DNA of 64,000 nucleotides. It comes from Octopus sinensis. Its lineage: Eukaryota. The translations under genes and the position numbers were made by a program. The DNA lies in assembly GCF_006345805.1 (NCBI RefSeq), contig NC_043023.1:558001-622000 (forward strand), given 5' to 3'. Under the pieces are notes generated by a model. The model was not told where the DNA came from. It saw only the letters and a program-made list of their open reading frames with translations, and ran no database searches. Positions 38,228 to 51,550 of this stretch are shown here, in pieces (the first letter of the stretch is position 1; each line of letters begins with the position of its first letter).

Positions 38228-38415
38228 GAAATTCGGCACTACTTAAATACAGACGTCCCGATGCATCTACGTAACGATATGAAAGGGAGGGTTAGTTTTA
38301 GGGTTAGCTTTCAGGACTGGTTAGGGTTACGGTTACGGTGTCATTACACGTCCACACAGCGTACTTTTAAAATGTTTTGTACGTAACACCTGTATTTAAG
38401 AAGTACCGGAAATTC
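38228..38415. mobile_element. Small MITE with ~25 bp TIRs and TTAGGG-like core
   Basis: GAAATTCGGCACTACTTAAATACAG vs CTGTATTTAAGAAGTACCGGAAATTC. Confidence 0.7.
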
Positions 38416-38580
38416 TTGGTTTACACTGAAAAGGGAATAAGAGGAAGAAATAACACACTTGTAAGGTGAAAGGTGCTAGGGTACCGAAATATGAAACTTA
38501 GAAATAAAACTCGTTTTCTTGTCTTATTTGGGCGACTAAGACCAGGTAACGCTGAAATACATACATACACACACACACAC

Positions 38581-38755
38581 ATATTTCTTTATTACCCACA
38601 AGGGGCTAAACATAGAGGGGACAAACAAAGACAGATAAAGGGATTAAGTCGCTTACATCGACCCCAGTGCGTAACTGGTACTTTATTTATCGATCCCGAA
38701 AGGATGAAAGGCAAAGTCGACCTCGGCGGAATTTGAACTCAGAACGTAACAGCAG
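38581..38755 (-). mobile_element. SINE-B, 5'-truncated
   Basis: Family match. Confidence 0.85.
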
Positions 38756-38774
38756 AAGAATATATATATATATA

Positions 38775-39148
38775 GGCGCAGGCGTGGCTGTATGGTAAGG
38801 AGCTTGTTTCCCAATCACATGGTTCTGTGCTCAATCCTACTCCGTGGCACCAAGGGCAAGTGCCTTCTAATATAGCCTCAGAACGACTAAGGACTTGTGA
38901 GTGGATTTGGTAGACGGAAACTGAAAGAAGCCTGTCGTATATATGTGTATATATGTGTGTGGGTAGGTGTGTCTGTGTTTGTACCCCCGCTATCACTGCT
39001 TGACAACTGGTGTTGGTGTGTTTACGTTCCCATAACTTAGCGGTTCGGCAAAACCACTATAGAATAAGTCCTGGGGCGAATTATTCGATTAAAACCCTTC
39101 AAGGAGGTGCTCCAGCAAGGCCGCAGTCAACTGACAAACAAGTAAACA
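38775..39148 (+). mobile_element. SINE-A
   Basis: Family match. Confidence 0.88.
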
Positions 39149-39160
39149 AATATATATATG

Positions 39161-39402
39161 GTTGCTATTATGCAAAAGTATCGTAAGTCCAAAACATTTT
39201 TTTTTTCAGAAAACGAAAACAATATTTTCACCATTCCATAGCAAAACCATTGTAATACACTTTGACAATTCTTGATATCTTGGCATCTGAAGCAGCTGGA
39301 GATACAATAGTTTGACGAAAAAAACCGACTATTGTAAGCAAAAATAAATATTGAAAAAAACGAATTTGGCCAAATTTGGATATATAACAGTTTAACATTA
39401 TG
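39161..39402. mobile_element. ~240 bp MITE (copy 1)
   Basis: Colinear with 45275-45517; TIR GTTGCTATTATG/CATAATAGCAAC reconstructed from the two copies. Confidence 0.75.
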
Positions 39403-39409
39403 TATGTTA

Positions 39410-39917
39410 CTTTTACCTGATTCAGTCATTAGACTGCGGCCATGTGGGGGTACCGCCTTGGGGATTTTTAATTGAATAAATCGATCAGTACTTAATCTAT
39501 CGGTCTCATTTTTTCCACACTGCTACTTGATGGGGACGTAAATACACCAACACCGGTTGTCATAGTGGTGGGGGACAAACACACTTAGTGACACACACAC
39601 ACATAGATAAATATATACAATTTTTTAAAAACTTTCTGTCTGCCCAATTCATTCCCAAGGCTTTGGTTGGCTCGAGGCTAAAGGTGCCGCAGGATGGTAT
39701 TGAACCCAAAACCCTGTGCCTATATTTTATCTTTTACCTGTTTCAGTCATTTGACTGCGGCCATGCTAGAGCACCACGTTGAAAAGCTTTTGTTGAACAA
39801 ATAGACCCCAGGACGTTTTTTTAAATCCTAATACTTATTCTGTCGGTCTCTTTTGCCGAACTCTTAAGTTACAGAGACGTAAATAATCCAGAAACGGTTG
39901 TCAAGCCATGGTGGAGA

Positions 39918-39949
<32 letters not shown>

Positions 39950-40880
39950 CACACCTATATACACGCACGGCGCAATTCGTTTAGTTTCCGTCAACCGATC
40001 CTCTCACCCCACTTTTGGCCTGCTTAGGGCTACAGTAGAATACATTTGCCCAAGGTGCCACGTTGTGGGGCTGAACTCGAAACCATGGGGTTGGGAAGCA
40101 AACTTCTTACCACACAGCCATGCCATATATAATCACAACGTGACACCTTGAGCAAGTAGCTTCTACCATAGTCTCAAGCTGACCAAGTCTTGTGAGTGGA
40201 TTTGGTAGATGGAAACTGAAAGAAGCCTGTTGTGTGTGTGTGTGCATTTGTCTTTGTGTCTGTCCTCTACCACAGCTACACAACCAGTGGTGGTATGTTG
40301 ATGGCCCCGTAACCTTGCGGTTCGGCTGAAGGGTTCGATGGAATAAATACAGGCTTTAAAAGAAAGTACTGAGGTTGATTCATTCGACTGAAATCTCCTC
40401 AGTGATGCCCCAGCATGGCCGCAGTCTAATGACAAAGATAGAAGATATATATATATATAGGTGAAGGAGTGGGTGTGTGGTAAGTAGCTAGCTTACCAGC
40501 AACATGGTTCCAGCTTCAGTTCCACTGCATGGTACCTTGGGCAAGTGTCTTTTACTATAGCCTTGGGTCGACCAAAGACTTGTGAATGGATTTGGTAGAT
40601 GGAAACTGAAAGAAACCCGTCGTATATATGTATGTATATATATATGTGTGTGTGTGTGTGTGTATGTTTGTGTGTCTGTGTTTATCCCCCCAATTTCGCT
40701 TGATAACCGATGCTGGTGTGTTTATGTCCACGTAACTTAGCGGTTCGACAAAAGGGACCGATAGAATAAGTACTAGGCTTCCAAAGAATAAGTCCTGGGG
40801 ATGATTTCCTTGACTAAAGGTGGTGCTCCAGCATGGCCACAATCAAATGAGTGAAACAAGTAAAAGAGTAAAAGAGAGTA
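39410..40880. mobile_element. Cluster of four SINE-A copies (two minus, two plus)
   Basis: Family matches. Confidence 0.85.
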
Positions 40881-40992
40881 AAAAGAGTATATATCAATAC
40901 GTAAGTATGGATGGATGGATGGATGGATAGAGAGGTGGATAGATAGACATACAGATAGATAGATACATACATACATACATACATACATACAT

Positions 40993-41024
<32 letters not shown>

Positions 41025-41523
41025 GAGGGAGGGAGAATGAAATGAGCAGGCGTTAGAGAATGAGAGAGAGAGAGGTGAAGATGGGTACGTTTGGGGTGAG
41101 ATGAAAGGGAAGACAAACGGGTATCGGGGTGTAGTGTGGTGCGATAGAATAAGTGAAACACGGAGGTAATGTATACACGGGTGCAGGGTAGAGATATTTT
41201 ACTAATGAGTACCCTTCACGAGTGAAAACGATCTGATATTTTTTAGCAACATATACCCCCATCTCTCCTCCGTTCGGGCTGTGGAGGGTACGTATATATA
41301 TTTATGGGTGTGTGGACGCGCAAATATGAGTTTATAAAATATATGGTTGTATGTGTGTGTGTGTGTGTACATGTGTGTATATATATACATGTGTGTATAT
41401 ATACATGTGTGTATGTTTGCATACCCGTATAGACATATATATAATTACTTATACAATAATATACACATATATGTATATAGACATATAGGCATATTCTTAT
41501 ACACGTTTATATATAATCAGCAG

Positions 41524-41562
<39 letters not shown>

Positions 41563-41914
41563 TTTGTATGTATCTATATATAAATATGTATATATATAGA
41601 TATATCTTCTTACAAACTTATACACACACACACCACCCCTAAGCAAGCACAAATCCAGCCACATGCCTTGACGTACCTCTGTAGTTCTTTGAAGATTATG
41701 CCTGGATATATATTTACAGTTACCTACCCTGGACAAAGCATCTCGGGTACTCACTCACTGAACAATATGTATCCGTACACACACACCCACATACTCTCTC
41801 TCTCTCTCTCTCTTTCTTTATCTCTCTCTCTCTCACACACACACACACACCTATGCAAGGAGAGATAATATAAATAGAATTTGAGAGACGTGCAAATAAA
41901 CTGATAAATAGATA

Positions 41915-43050
41915 TGTTTCTTTATTAGCCACACAGGGCTGCACACAGACAGGACAAATTACAAGGTAGAGCTGTTCTTTTGGGGGTAAAAAAAGGGGGG
42001 TCTCGTTTTCGATCAAAAGGGATCGTAAAAGGAAAGAAAGAGGACAAAAAAGGGGGGGGGGATAAAATTTTTTTTTTTTAATTTTAAAAGGCGGGGAGGA
42101 AAAAAGGGAAAGGAAAAAAATTGATCGTTATCACAGAAATGTCAATATGAAGTGTAAAGGAGAGGACAGGTGAGGTTTACCCGTGGAAAGAAAAGCCTAC
42201 GGAAAAGACCACGGTAACCTCGGTCAATGAACATGTTATATTTCTTTTTTTTTTTTGGCAAATAAGCAACTCTCTGTATTAATTTTTACGGTTCATAGAA
42301 TCATAGTCAAGGTGGCTTCGTCATTCATACGTGCCATCCTTGCTACATTCACCCATCTTTTTTTAAAACATTCACTAGACAAAACTTGCCTCTCTACTCT
42401 CACTTTCCTCTTCAAGTGATACTTGAAGAAGTTGATGAGAGATTGACCAGAGAGGAAAGTGTTTGTCTCCAATCCTTTCAGACGCGTCCACCAGATACAT
42501 TCTTTCGCCATAGCCACAAGTATGATAAAAATAGTTCTTCCTTTCCGTTTGAAGGAAGGAGGCGTGACGATATTAACGATAGACTCGGCTGATAAACCGA
42601 CACGTCCCACACGTGACAGCAGTCGTTCGACATAAGCCCACAGGTCGGAGATTGTTGGACACTGCACGATTGCGTGCAGAGCGGTTTCGTCGCTCTGCCC
42701 GCATCTCGGGCAGGTCGGCCCCGTGTTTCTCGAGCCATGCCTATAGAGCTTATCCCGAACGGGTAGCGCTTCTCGGTAGCACCGCCAGGCCAGGGATCTC
42801 TGGAAGTTGTCCATAGGTCCCGGCCCGAAAGTCGTTTCAAACAGGCGGGTCAGGTATTCCTCGTCGACGCCCAGGTTTGCTCCAAGATCGTCGTCGTACC
42901 TCCCCTCCACTAATCCCCTATAGAATGCTTTGGTTGTGTTGAAGTCACTCTAGGCCAATAAAATTTTCTTGTTCCTGACGGTTGTTCTTTATACCTACAA
43001 CGGACTGCTCGAAGCTTACAAACTTTCTACACTCAGATCCTTAGATCTTA
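41915..43050 (-). mobile_element. Tx1/L1-clade LINE 3' end (zf-RVT region of ORF2 plus 3' UTR), 5'-truncated
   Basis: ORF 42293..42910: LAWRCYREALPVRDKL...CPRCGQSDETALHAIVQCP (C-x2-C...H-x4-C); 3' UTR ends AATAAAGAAAC. Confidence 0.88.
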
Positions 43051-43068
43051 AAATTACATATATATATA

Positions 43069-43475
43069 GGCGCAGGAGTGGCTGTGTGGTAAGTAGCTTG
43101 CTTACCAACCACATTGTTCCGGGTTCAGTCCCACTGCGTGACACCTTGGGCAAGTGTCTTCTACTATAGCCTCGGGCCGACCAAAGCTTTGTGAGTGGAT
43201 TTGGTAGACGGAAACTGAAAGAAGCCCGTCGTATATATGTATATATATATACGTGTGTGTGTTTGTGTGTCTGTGTTTGTCCCCCTAGCATTGCTTGACA
43301 ACCGATGCTGGTGTGTTTACGTCCCCGTCACTTAGCGGTTCGGCAAAAGGAGACCGATAGAATAAGCACTGGGTTTACAAAAAGAATAAGTCCCGGGGTC
43401 GATTTGCTCGACTAAAGGCGGTGCTCCAGCATGGCCACAGTCAAATGACTGAAACGAGTAAAAGAGAGTAAAGAG
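43069..43475 (+). mobile_element. SINE-A, full length, near consensus
   Basis: Intact head, core, hairpin and tail. Confidence 0.93.
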
Positions 43476-44194
43476 CATATTCTGCAAAGTGCACTAGAAG
43501 GCTCAACTTGTTACCAAAATATCTGGTCTCATTAGAGAATTCTGCACTCTACTCACTCCTATATTTAGCACAGTTTAGCAATAACAGTTACATCCCTATA
43601 GTAATAAAAAACATTCATACACCCAAAGAAAAAGACTTAATTGGTGTTTTTAAGCTTTGTATAACCCATACGTGTTTCTCTAAACTGATTGTTGCTGTTA
43701 CGTAAGCCCATTGGTACTGCCATTTTAATTAAAAAGCGCTTAACACCGACGTAGGCGAATTTGATATAGCTATAGGGTCTTCAGACTTGTTGGTCTGTAT
43801 ATACTTTACAAACTAAAGGAAAGTTTTCTGAAGCTGATGGGTTAACTTGATAAGGGTTGGTCTTATGAATTCCTGGCCATTTCTAAATAGTCACAGACAG
43901 AATTGAAATGATTGAGGAACTATCAACACGGTATTTTTTAGGCTGCTGTCTTTCCCATCTTCTGTATATATACGTGTGCTGATACGAGTGTGTGTGAGTA
44001 CACACGGATCTATCGGAATGTGTACGACGGTGGGCGTGGCTAGAAAAGCATTATCTCCCCTCTATCATCCCTCTCACACAATCCTACTATCTCATACGCT
44101 CTCTCCATATTGACTGCTACTCCAAATAAATAACGCTTAATTTGCACGTCTGAGGTGTAGTCACGCATATATCTTCACATTGTATTTTTTGCCG

Positions 44195-44287
44195 ATAATG
44201 CCGAAGAAGTAAGTCAATTGTATTATGTAATGGAGCCAGTTGGCTTACGTAATGACGACAATCGATTTACGAAAACGTGTATGTTAT
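44195..44287 (+). ncRNA. Degraded hammerhead ribozyme motif
   Basis: ATAATG-CCGAAGA-A-GTAAGTC A ATTG...CAAT C GATTTAC-GAAA-ACGT G TA/TGTTAT; core U4 changed to C and stem III C missing; inverted partner at 43635-43708. Confidence 0.5.
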
Positions 44288-44560
44288 ATAGTTTTAAAAC
44301 ACCAATTAAGTTTTCTGTGTTTATAGCTGCAAATGGTGAAAGTCAGCTCGTGATGGAGTAAGACCGCTTCCTAAAGTCTGTCCGTGCAAATATTCTGAGA
44401 ACCCACGAAGTTCCTATGCGTAAATTTGTTTCGAGTAAATAGTGTTGCGTAGCACAGAAGCGGCATTTCAGAGAAAACAGCTCTAAAACTAGCGGCACAA
44501 CAGAGGTTGAGATGTCCAGAAACCAACGGTACTTCAGGGTTTTTTTTCCTACTTGACTTT

Positions 44561-44613
44561 AAAGGACCCCTAGTTAAAACTTCCTTCTAGGAAGTTTTAA
44601 CTAGGGGTCTTTT
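44561..44613. repeat. Perfect 21 bp (extendable to 25 bp) inverted repeat, 3 nt loop
   Basis: GACCCCTAGTTAAAACTTCCT 44565-44585 / AGGAAGTTTTAACTAGGGGTC 44589-44609. Confidence 0.9.
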
Positions 44614-44824
44614 ATTTCCATTGGTTCAATAGCTAGTGAGCCCGTGCTGGGCCCCTGACAAGTGCTACTGCTCTGAGTTAGAGTAGACCTGGAACAATAA
44701 TAGCTAAGAGCTGGGTTCACAATCCTCAAAACCCTGGAAATCCTAAACCAGTGTGTGTGTGTGGTGTGTGTGTGTTTATATATATGTGTATGTGTGTGTG
44801 TGTGTGTGTGTGTGTATGCTTAAT

Positions 44825-45200
44825 CTACATTACTCTGTAAGGTACATAGGGCCGCTTTACCGGTTTCTCTGACCTAAATATTCCTCCCTGGACGGGACTC
44901 CAGTTCATCGCAGGAATACACATTTTTGCCAGCTGAGTGGACTGGAAGTGAAATGAAGTGTTTTGCTCAAGAACACAATGTATTACCTGGTCCAGGAATT
45001 GAAACCACAATCTTCCAATCATGAGTCCAACACCCTAACCTCTAAGTCATGCACCTTGACATCCAGGCATTTAAGAGAGTCTCTTTCTGGAGTGAAATGA
45101 AGTGTTTTGCTCAAGGACACATTATATTGCCTAGTTCAGGAATTGAAACCACAATCTTACAATCATGAGTCCAACACCCTGATCACTAAGCAACATACCC
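44825..45200 (-). mobile_element. SINE-C head/core with ACAGAAACC-type tail, plus a duplicated head fragment
   Basis: TTTTTGCCAGCTGAGTGGACTGG core; GGAATTGAAACCACAATC head occurs twice. Confidence 0.7.
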
Positions 45201-45274
45201 CTCACCACCACCACCACCACCACCTTGCATACACGCACACATACACACATGTATGTCTGTATATATATAAACTG

Positions 45275-45517
45275 CTGCTATTATGCAAAAGTGTCGTAAA
45301 TCCCAAACGTTGCCTTTTCAGAAAACGAAAAAGTAGTTTCTCCATTCCATAGCAAAACTGTTGTCCTACACTTTGACAACTTTTGATATCTTGGCATCTA
45401 AAGCAGCTGGAGATACGATAGTTTGACCAAAAGTACCGACTATTGCAAGCAAAAATGAATATTGACAAAACGCATTTCGCCAAATTTGGACATACGACAG
45501 TTTAACATAATAGCAAC
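45275..45517. mobile_element. ~240 bp MITE (copy 2)
   Basis: See 39161-39402. Confidence 0.75.
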
Positions 45518-45544
45518 GAAGTATATACGAATGTGTGTGTACAT

Positions 45545-45622
<78 letters not shown>

Positions 45623-45639
45623 TACTGTAATGTATCTTA

Positions 45640-45861
45640 TACTTGTTTCAGTCGTTAGACTGCAGCCATGCTGGGGTACCGTCTAAAAGAAGTTTTAGTT
45701 GGATGAATCAACTCTAGAACATTTTTAAAGACTCATACTTATACTATCGGTATCTTTTGCCGAACTGCTTAATTAAGGAGACGCAAACATACCAATACCG
45801 GTTGTCAAGCGGTGGTAGGGGACATACACACACACATATATATATAATATATATGCTTATA

Positions 45862-45901
<40 letters not shown>

Positions 45902-46021
45902 GAAGGTTGAAAATGCAATTTTAAAAGATGTATATTTACTTTTATTTACTTTTAAAATTGCATTTTCAAACCTTCTTTCATATATAATTCTACTCGTGCG
46001 GTGCCTTACAACTTCACTTTG

Positions 46022-46088
<67 letters not shown>

Positions 46089-46237
46089 GACAGGCTTCTT
46101 TCAGTTTCACTCAAAAGGCTTTGGTTGGTCCTAGGTTATAGTAGAAAAACCCCTACCCAAGGTGCCACGCAGTGGGACTGAACCTGGAACCATGTGGTTG
46201 AGAAGCAAGCTTCTTACTACACAGCCATGCCTGCGCC
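45640..46237 (-). mobile_element. SINE-A broken by AT repeats
   Basis: Tail part 45640-45830, head part 46085-46237. Confidence 0.75.
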
Positions 46238-46394
46238 AAAAGTGGCTAGCAAGCCTCAGCAAAGAATCGAACCCGGCACCACTCCATTTTCAGCTGAGTG
46301 CTCAGTACCATTAAGCTAAGAGACTCTCCCCGCATCTGAATTTTCACAAGATAACTAAAAATTCATAAGGGATCCATTATCTGAATTAAAGGTG

Positions 46395-47255
46395 GGACGG
46401 TTACAGATAGAATGTCTTTGATCATAGGTTTGTTTGGTCAGGATTGACCTAAGGTTCATCAAGAACAACAACAAAAACAACTCTAGTCTCTGATACTAAC
46501 TGCTACGCTATACATTAGATAATGTTGTCCTAGATACACTATGGCTAAATAAAAGATGGGATGGTCACAGCAGGAACATCTTTGATTAAAGGTTTGCTGG
46601 ATTAGCACTGACCTGAGGCTAAACAATAAAAGCTATAGCCACTAATACTAACTGATGTACATTAGAAAATGTAGTCCTAGATACACTACGTCTGAATAAA
46701 AGATGGGATGGTCACAGATGGAACATCTTTGGATGTTCTGCTGGATCAAGACTGACCTGGGGCTAAACAACAACAATTATAGCTACGAATACTAACTACT
46801 ATATTGTACATTGTGGAGGGGTAATGGCCCGGTGGTTAGGGCAGCACACTCGCGGTCGGAGGATCGCGGTTTCGATTCCCAGATTGGGCATTGTGTGTGT
46901 TTATTCAGCGAAAACACCTAAAAGCTTCACGAGGCTCCGGCAGGGGTTGGTGGCGACCCTGTTGTACTCTTTCGCCACAACTTTCTCTCACTCTCTCTTC
47001 CTGTTTCTTGAGTAATGCTGCAATGGACTGGCGTCCCGTCCAGCTGGGGGGGGGGAAGACATACGCCACAGAAACCGGGAAACCGGGCCCACGAGCCTGG
47101 TTAGGCTTGAAAAGGGCGCAGAAATTAGTAATATTGTACATTAGATAATGTAGTCTTACATAGACTGTGTTTTAATAAAAGAAAGGATGGTCACAGCAGG
47201 AAAATCTTTGATCGAAGGTCTACTGGATGAGGCCTGGGGCTAAACAACAACGCTA
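46395..47255 (+). repeat. ~150 bp repeat array interrupted by SINE-D
   Basis: Same unit as 30968-32356. Confidence 0.85.
46814..47120 (+). mobile_element. SINE-D with ACAGAAACCGGG-type tail, 12 bp TSD
   Basis: A box TGGCCCGGTGG, B box GGTTTCGATTCCC; TSD ATATTGTACATT at 46801-46812 and 47131-47142. Confidence 0.88.
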
Positions 47256-47816
47256 CCAAGAATAATGAAAGAAAGCGAAACCCTGCGCCACCATCATCAC
47301 CATGACCACCACCACTCTCTCAACAGCTGAACGTATCATATGAAAATGTTTCTCCACTGCCGGATTAACGACCAGCTGAAGCGGATTATCCTGTTCCATT
47401 CTCAAAGATACGATTACAATTCTTTAATTCTTTCTCTTGTTGGTCTTAAGCACTTTTAACAGTTTCACAGTCCTTCGTGTTGGTATAATAGTGGCGGTGG
47501 AGGTGGTGGTTGTAGTACTAGTTCTGGTGGGATGATGGCGGTACTTGTGGTGGTGGTAGCAGTAGTAGTAGTAGTAGTAGTAGTAGTAGGGTGGTGGTGG
47601 TGGTGGTGGTGTTAATGGTGTTAGCTGTGGTGGGGGTGGTGGCGCTGATGGTGGCAGGCGTCATAGTAGTGGTGGTGGTGGTGGTAGTAGTACAAGTTCT
47701 GGTGGGATGATGGCGGTACTTGTGGTGGTGGTAGTAGTAGTAGTAGTAGTGGTGGTGGTGGTGGTGGGGGTGGTGGTGTTAGCTGTGGTGGTGGTGGTGG
47801 TGGTGGTGGTGGTGGT

Positions 47817-47863
<47 letters not shown>

Positions 47864-48159
47864 GGTGTTGGTGTTAATGGTGTTTGCTGTGGTGGTGGTG
47901 GTGGCGCTGATGGTGGCGGGTGTCATAGTACTGGTGGTGGTGGTAGTAGTAGAAATTGTAGTAGTGGTGGAAGTTTTTGTTTTTGTATAAGTTTGGATAT
48001 ATTTTCAGTACGGTTACATGTTTCGGTTGTAGTTTTGTAATAGACTTGTAGTTTTCTCTTGTGTGTGTGTATGTGCGTGTGTCTGTGTGTGTGTGTGTGT
48101 GTGTGTTGTGTGTGTGTGCGTGCGTGTGCGTGTGTGTGGTGTGTGTGCGTGTGTGTGTG

Positions 48160-48905
<746 letters not shown>

Positions 48906-49329
48906 TATATATATAAGAGATAGGTAAGCAGAAGACGTACAGACAGACAGGTGAGAATCGGGTTTGGGAGTTGATGAAGTAATAAAAAACATACCTTATA
49001 ATATAATTATATATACGTAGTACTTAATATGAAAATGAATATACCAAAATCTGCATGTGTTTAGAAAGTGTATGCATGTATGCATGAGTGTATGTATATG
49101 TTAATGTATGAATGTACGTAACTATGTCTGTGAGCATGTGTGTGTGTGTATGTGTTTTTGTGTGTAAATGTATGTATTTATATATATATATATATATACA
49201 CACATGCAATATTGTTAATAAGTCGTTAATCCGGGTGTATTTATAAAACTACTTTAAATCATAATATGAGCTGGTCTTCATCATAATTGCGTTAAATTTA
49301 AGACGAATAATTTGTACGTAACTATTTAT

Positions 49330-49680
49330 ATTAGCAATATAGGAATCAAATGTGAAGTTGGTATATTTTGAAAACATATCCTAGTGATATTAGGATATTC
49401 TTGAAGAATCTTGCAAAATAGCCTTGGTGGTCCCATCTCAAACATCTCACCAGATGAAGGAATGTTCAATCTTGCAGCTCCTTATTATGATATTGTTTTG
49501 AAAGAGAGTGGTCTTCTCCGCAAAAAAAAGGATATATCAACCAGTTCTACTTTGCTTAACTGAAACAGTGACCACATAAGTGCGATACATCATGGTTTAA
49601 CCCCACTTTCAGTTTAAATGTATCATCTTACGCTACCAAAAGGTTTCTTATGCTTGTTACAGAGGCACATACTTATTGCT
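49330..49680 (+). mobile_element. Penelope-like retroelement remnant (RT to GIY-YIG linker)
   Basis: ILKNL..; NISPDEGMFNLAAPYYDIVLKESG; WFNPTFSLNVSSYATKRFLMLV, matching the PLE WFNPP(F/Y)S motif. Confidence 0.75.
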
Positions 49681-49814
49681 TATTGTTACCACTAAATATT
49701 TAACAGGAACATTATTACAGTTTGGTTTGCTGGCAACGAGTTGGCCTGGGGTTATAAAACCAACAACAACTATAGCTACTAATACTAGCGACTAAACGGT
49801 ACATTAGACAATTT

Positions 49815-50060
49815 AGTGATACTCATTTACTCATTTACTTGTTTCAGCCATTTAGCTGTGGCCATGCTGGAGCACCGCCTTTAGTCGAGCAAGTCGCCCC
49901 CAGGACTTATTCTTCGTAAGCCTAGTACTTATTCTATCGTCTCCTTTGCCGAACCGCTAAGTTACGGGGACGTAAACACACCAGCATCGGTTGTCAAGCT
50001 GGGATAAACACAGACACACAAACATACACACACATATATACACACACACACACACATATA

Positions 50061-50101
<41 letters not shown>

Positions 50102-50240
50102 TACGAAATCCACTCACAAGGCTTTGGTCGGCCCAAGGCTATTGTAGAAGACACTTGCCCAAGGTGCCACGCAGTGGGACTGAACCCACAACCATGTAGT
50201 TCGTAAGCAAGCTACTTACCACACAGCCACTCCTACGCCT
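49815..50240 (-). mobile_element. SINE-A inserted into the ~150 bp repeat
   Basis: Family match. Confidence 0.88.
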
Positions 50241-51035
50241 AGATACGAGTATGATAGAGTATATCAATATGAAAGATAGGATGGTTATTGTTGGAACGCC
50301 TTTGATCATCAGGACTAACCTGGGGTTAAACAACAAGTATAACCTCTAATATTATCTCTTATACTATAAATCGCAGAATGTAATTCTAGATACTCTGTCT
50401 ACATAATTGATGGGATGGTCATAGATGGAACACTTTTGAACTGCTGGGTCAGGACTGACCTGGGGCTAAACAGCAACAATAACGATTATAGCTACTAATG
50501 CTAACTTGTATACTGTACATTAGATAATGTAGTCCTAGATACACAATGCCTGAATAAAATATGGGATGGTCATCGGTGGAATATCTTTGATCATAGGTCT
50601 GCTGGATCAAGACTGGCCTAGGGTTTAGCAACAACTATAGCCACTGAAACTAACTACTATACTGTACATTAGATAATGTAGTCCTAGGTACACTATGTCT
50701 TTGATCATAGGTCTGTTGGATCAGGATTGATCAGGGTCAAAACAAAGACAACACCCCTATACATTAGATAATGTAGTCCTAGATACACTATGACAGAGTG
50801 AAAGATTGTATGATCACTGCTGGAGAATATCTGATGATGGATGTACTGGACCAGGACAAACCTGGGCTAAACACCAGCTACAGCCTCTAATACTAACTAC
50901 CATACTGAACATTAGATGATGTAGTCCTAGGTGAACTGCATCTGATCTGAATAAAACATTTGATGGTCACAGCTGAAACATCTTTGATCATAGATCTGTC
51001 GGATCAAGACTGACCTGGGGCTAAACAGCATCATC
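50241..51035 (+). repeat. ~150 bp repeat array (5-6 diverged units)
   Basis: Repeated CATTAGATAATGTAGTCCTAG. Confidence 0.85.
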
Positions 51036-51507
51036 ATCATCAACATCAGCATCATAAACCTATCCTACTAATTTCACTACAATGATGACATCATCCTAAG
51101 CTAACCAACAGGAATTTCTGGGAAGAGAACGGAAAACAAAATGGCGGCCGTATAATATTTGTATTTTATCGGAAACTTGACAATAAATGTTCGGATTTTG
51201 CCGACATAAATTAGTCAAAAACAATTGTTGGAAATGGAATGACATTTAACTTCAAATTTATAAACCTATTTGTATTTCGTTAATAGATTGATAAATGTAT
51301 TTGTGTGTGCGTGTGTCTCGCTCTCTCTCCCTCCCTCTCTCTACATACACACACATACACATATGTGTGTGTGTGTATGGAATAGAACTTCACACCATCG
51401 CAAACAAATGTATGTACGCATTGTGTGTGTGGGTGTTACTGTGTGTATGTATATTCAGAAACGTATACATATAGATGAAAAACAAACATATATATATATG
51501 TGTGTGT

Positions 51508-51550
<43 letters not shown>

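Noticed and set aside
43069-43140. tRNA genes at SINE heads
   Set aside because: A and B boxes are present but there is no complete cloverleaf; the heads continue into SINE bodies.
44327-44357. Candidate micro-exon (TTTATAG|...|GTAAGA, ANGESQLVM); similar weak candidates at 61422-61461 (+) and near 1750-1781 (-)
   Set aside because: Splice-like motifs are expected by chance in 64 kb; no recognisable protein or consistent gene model; the first abuts a repeat arm.
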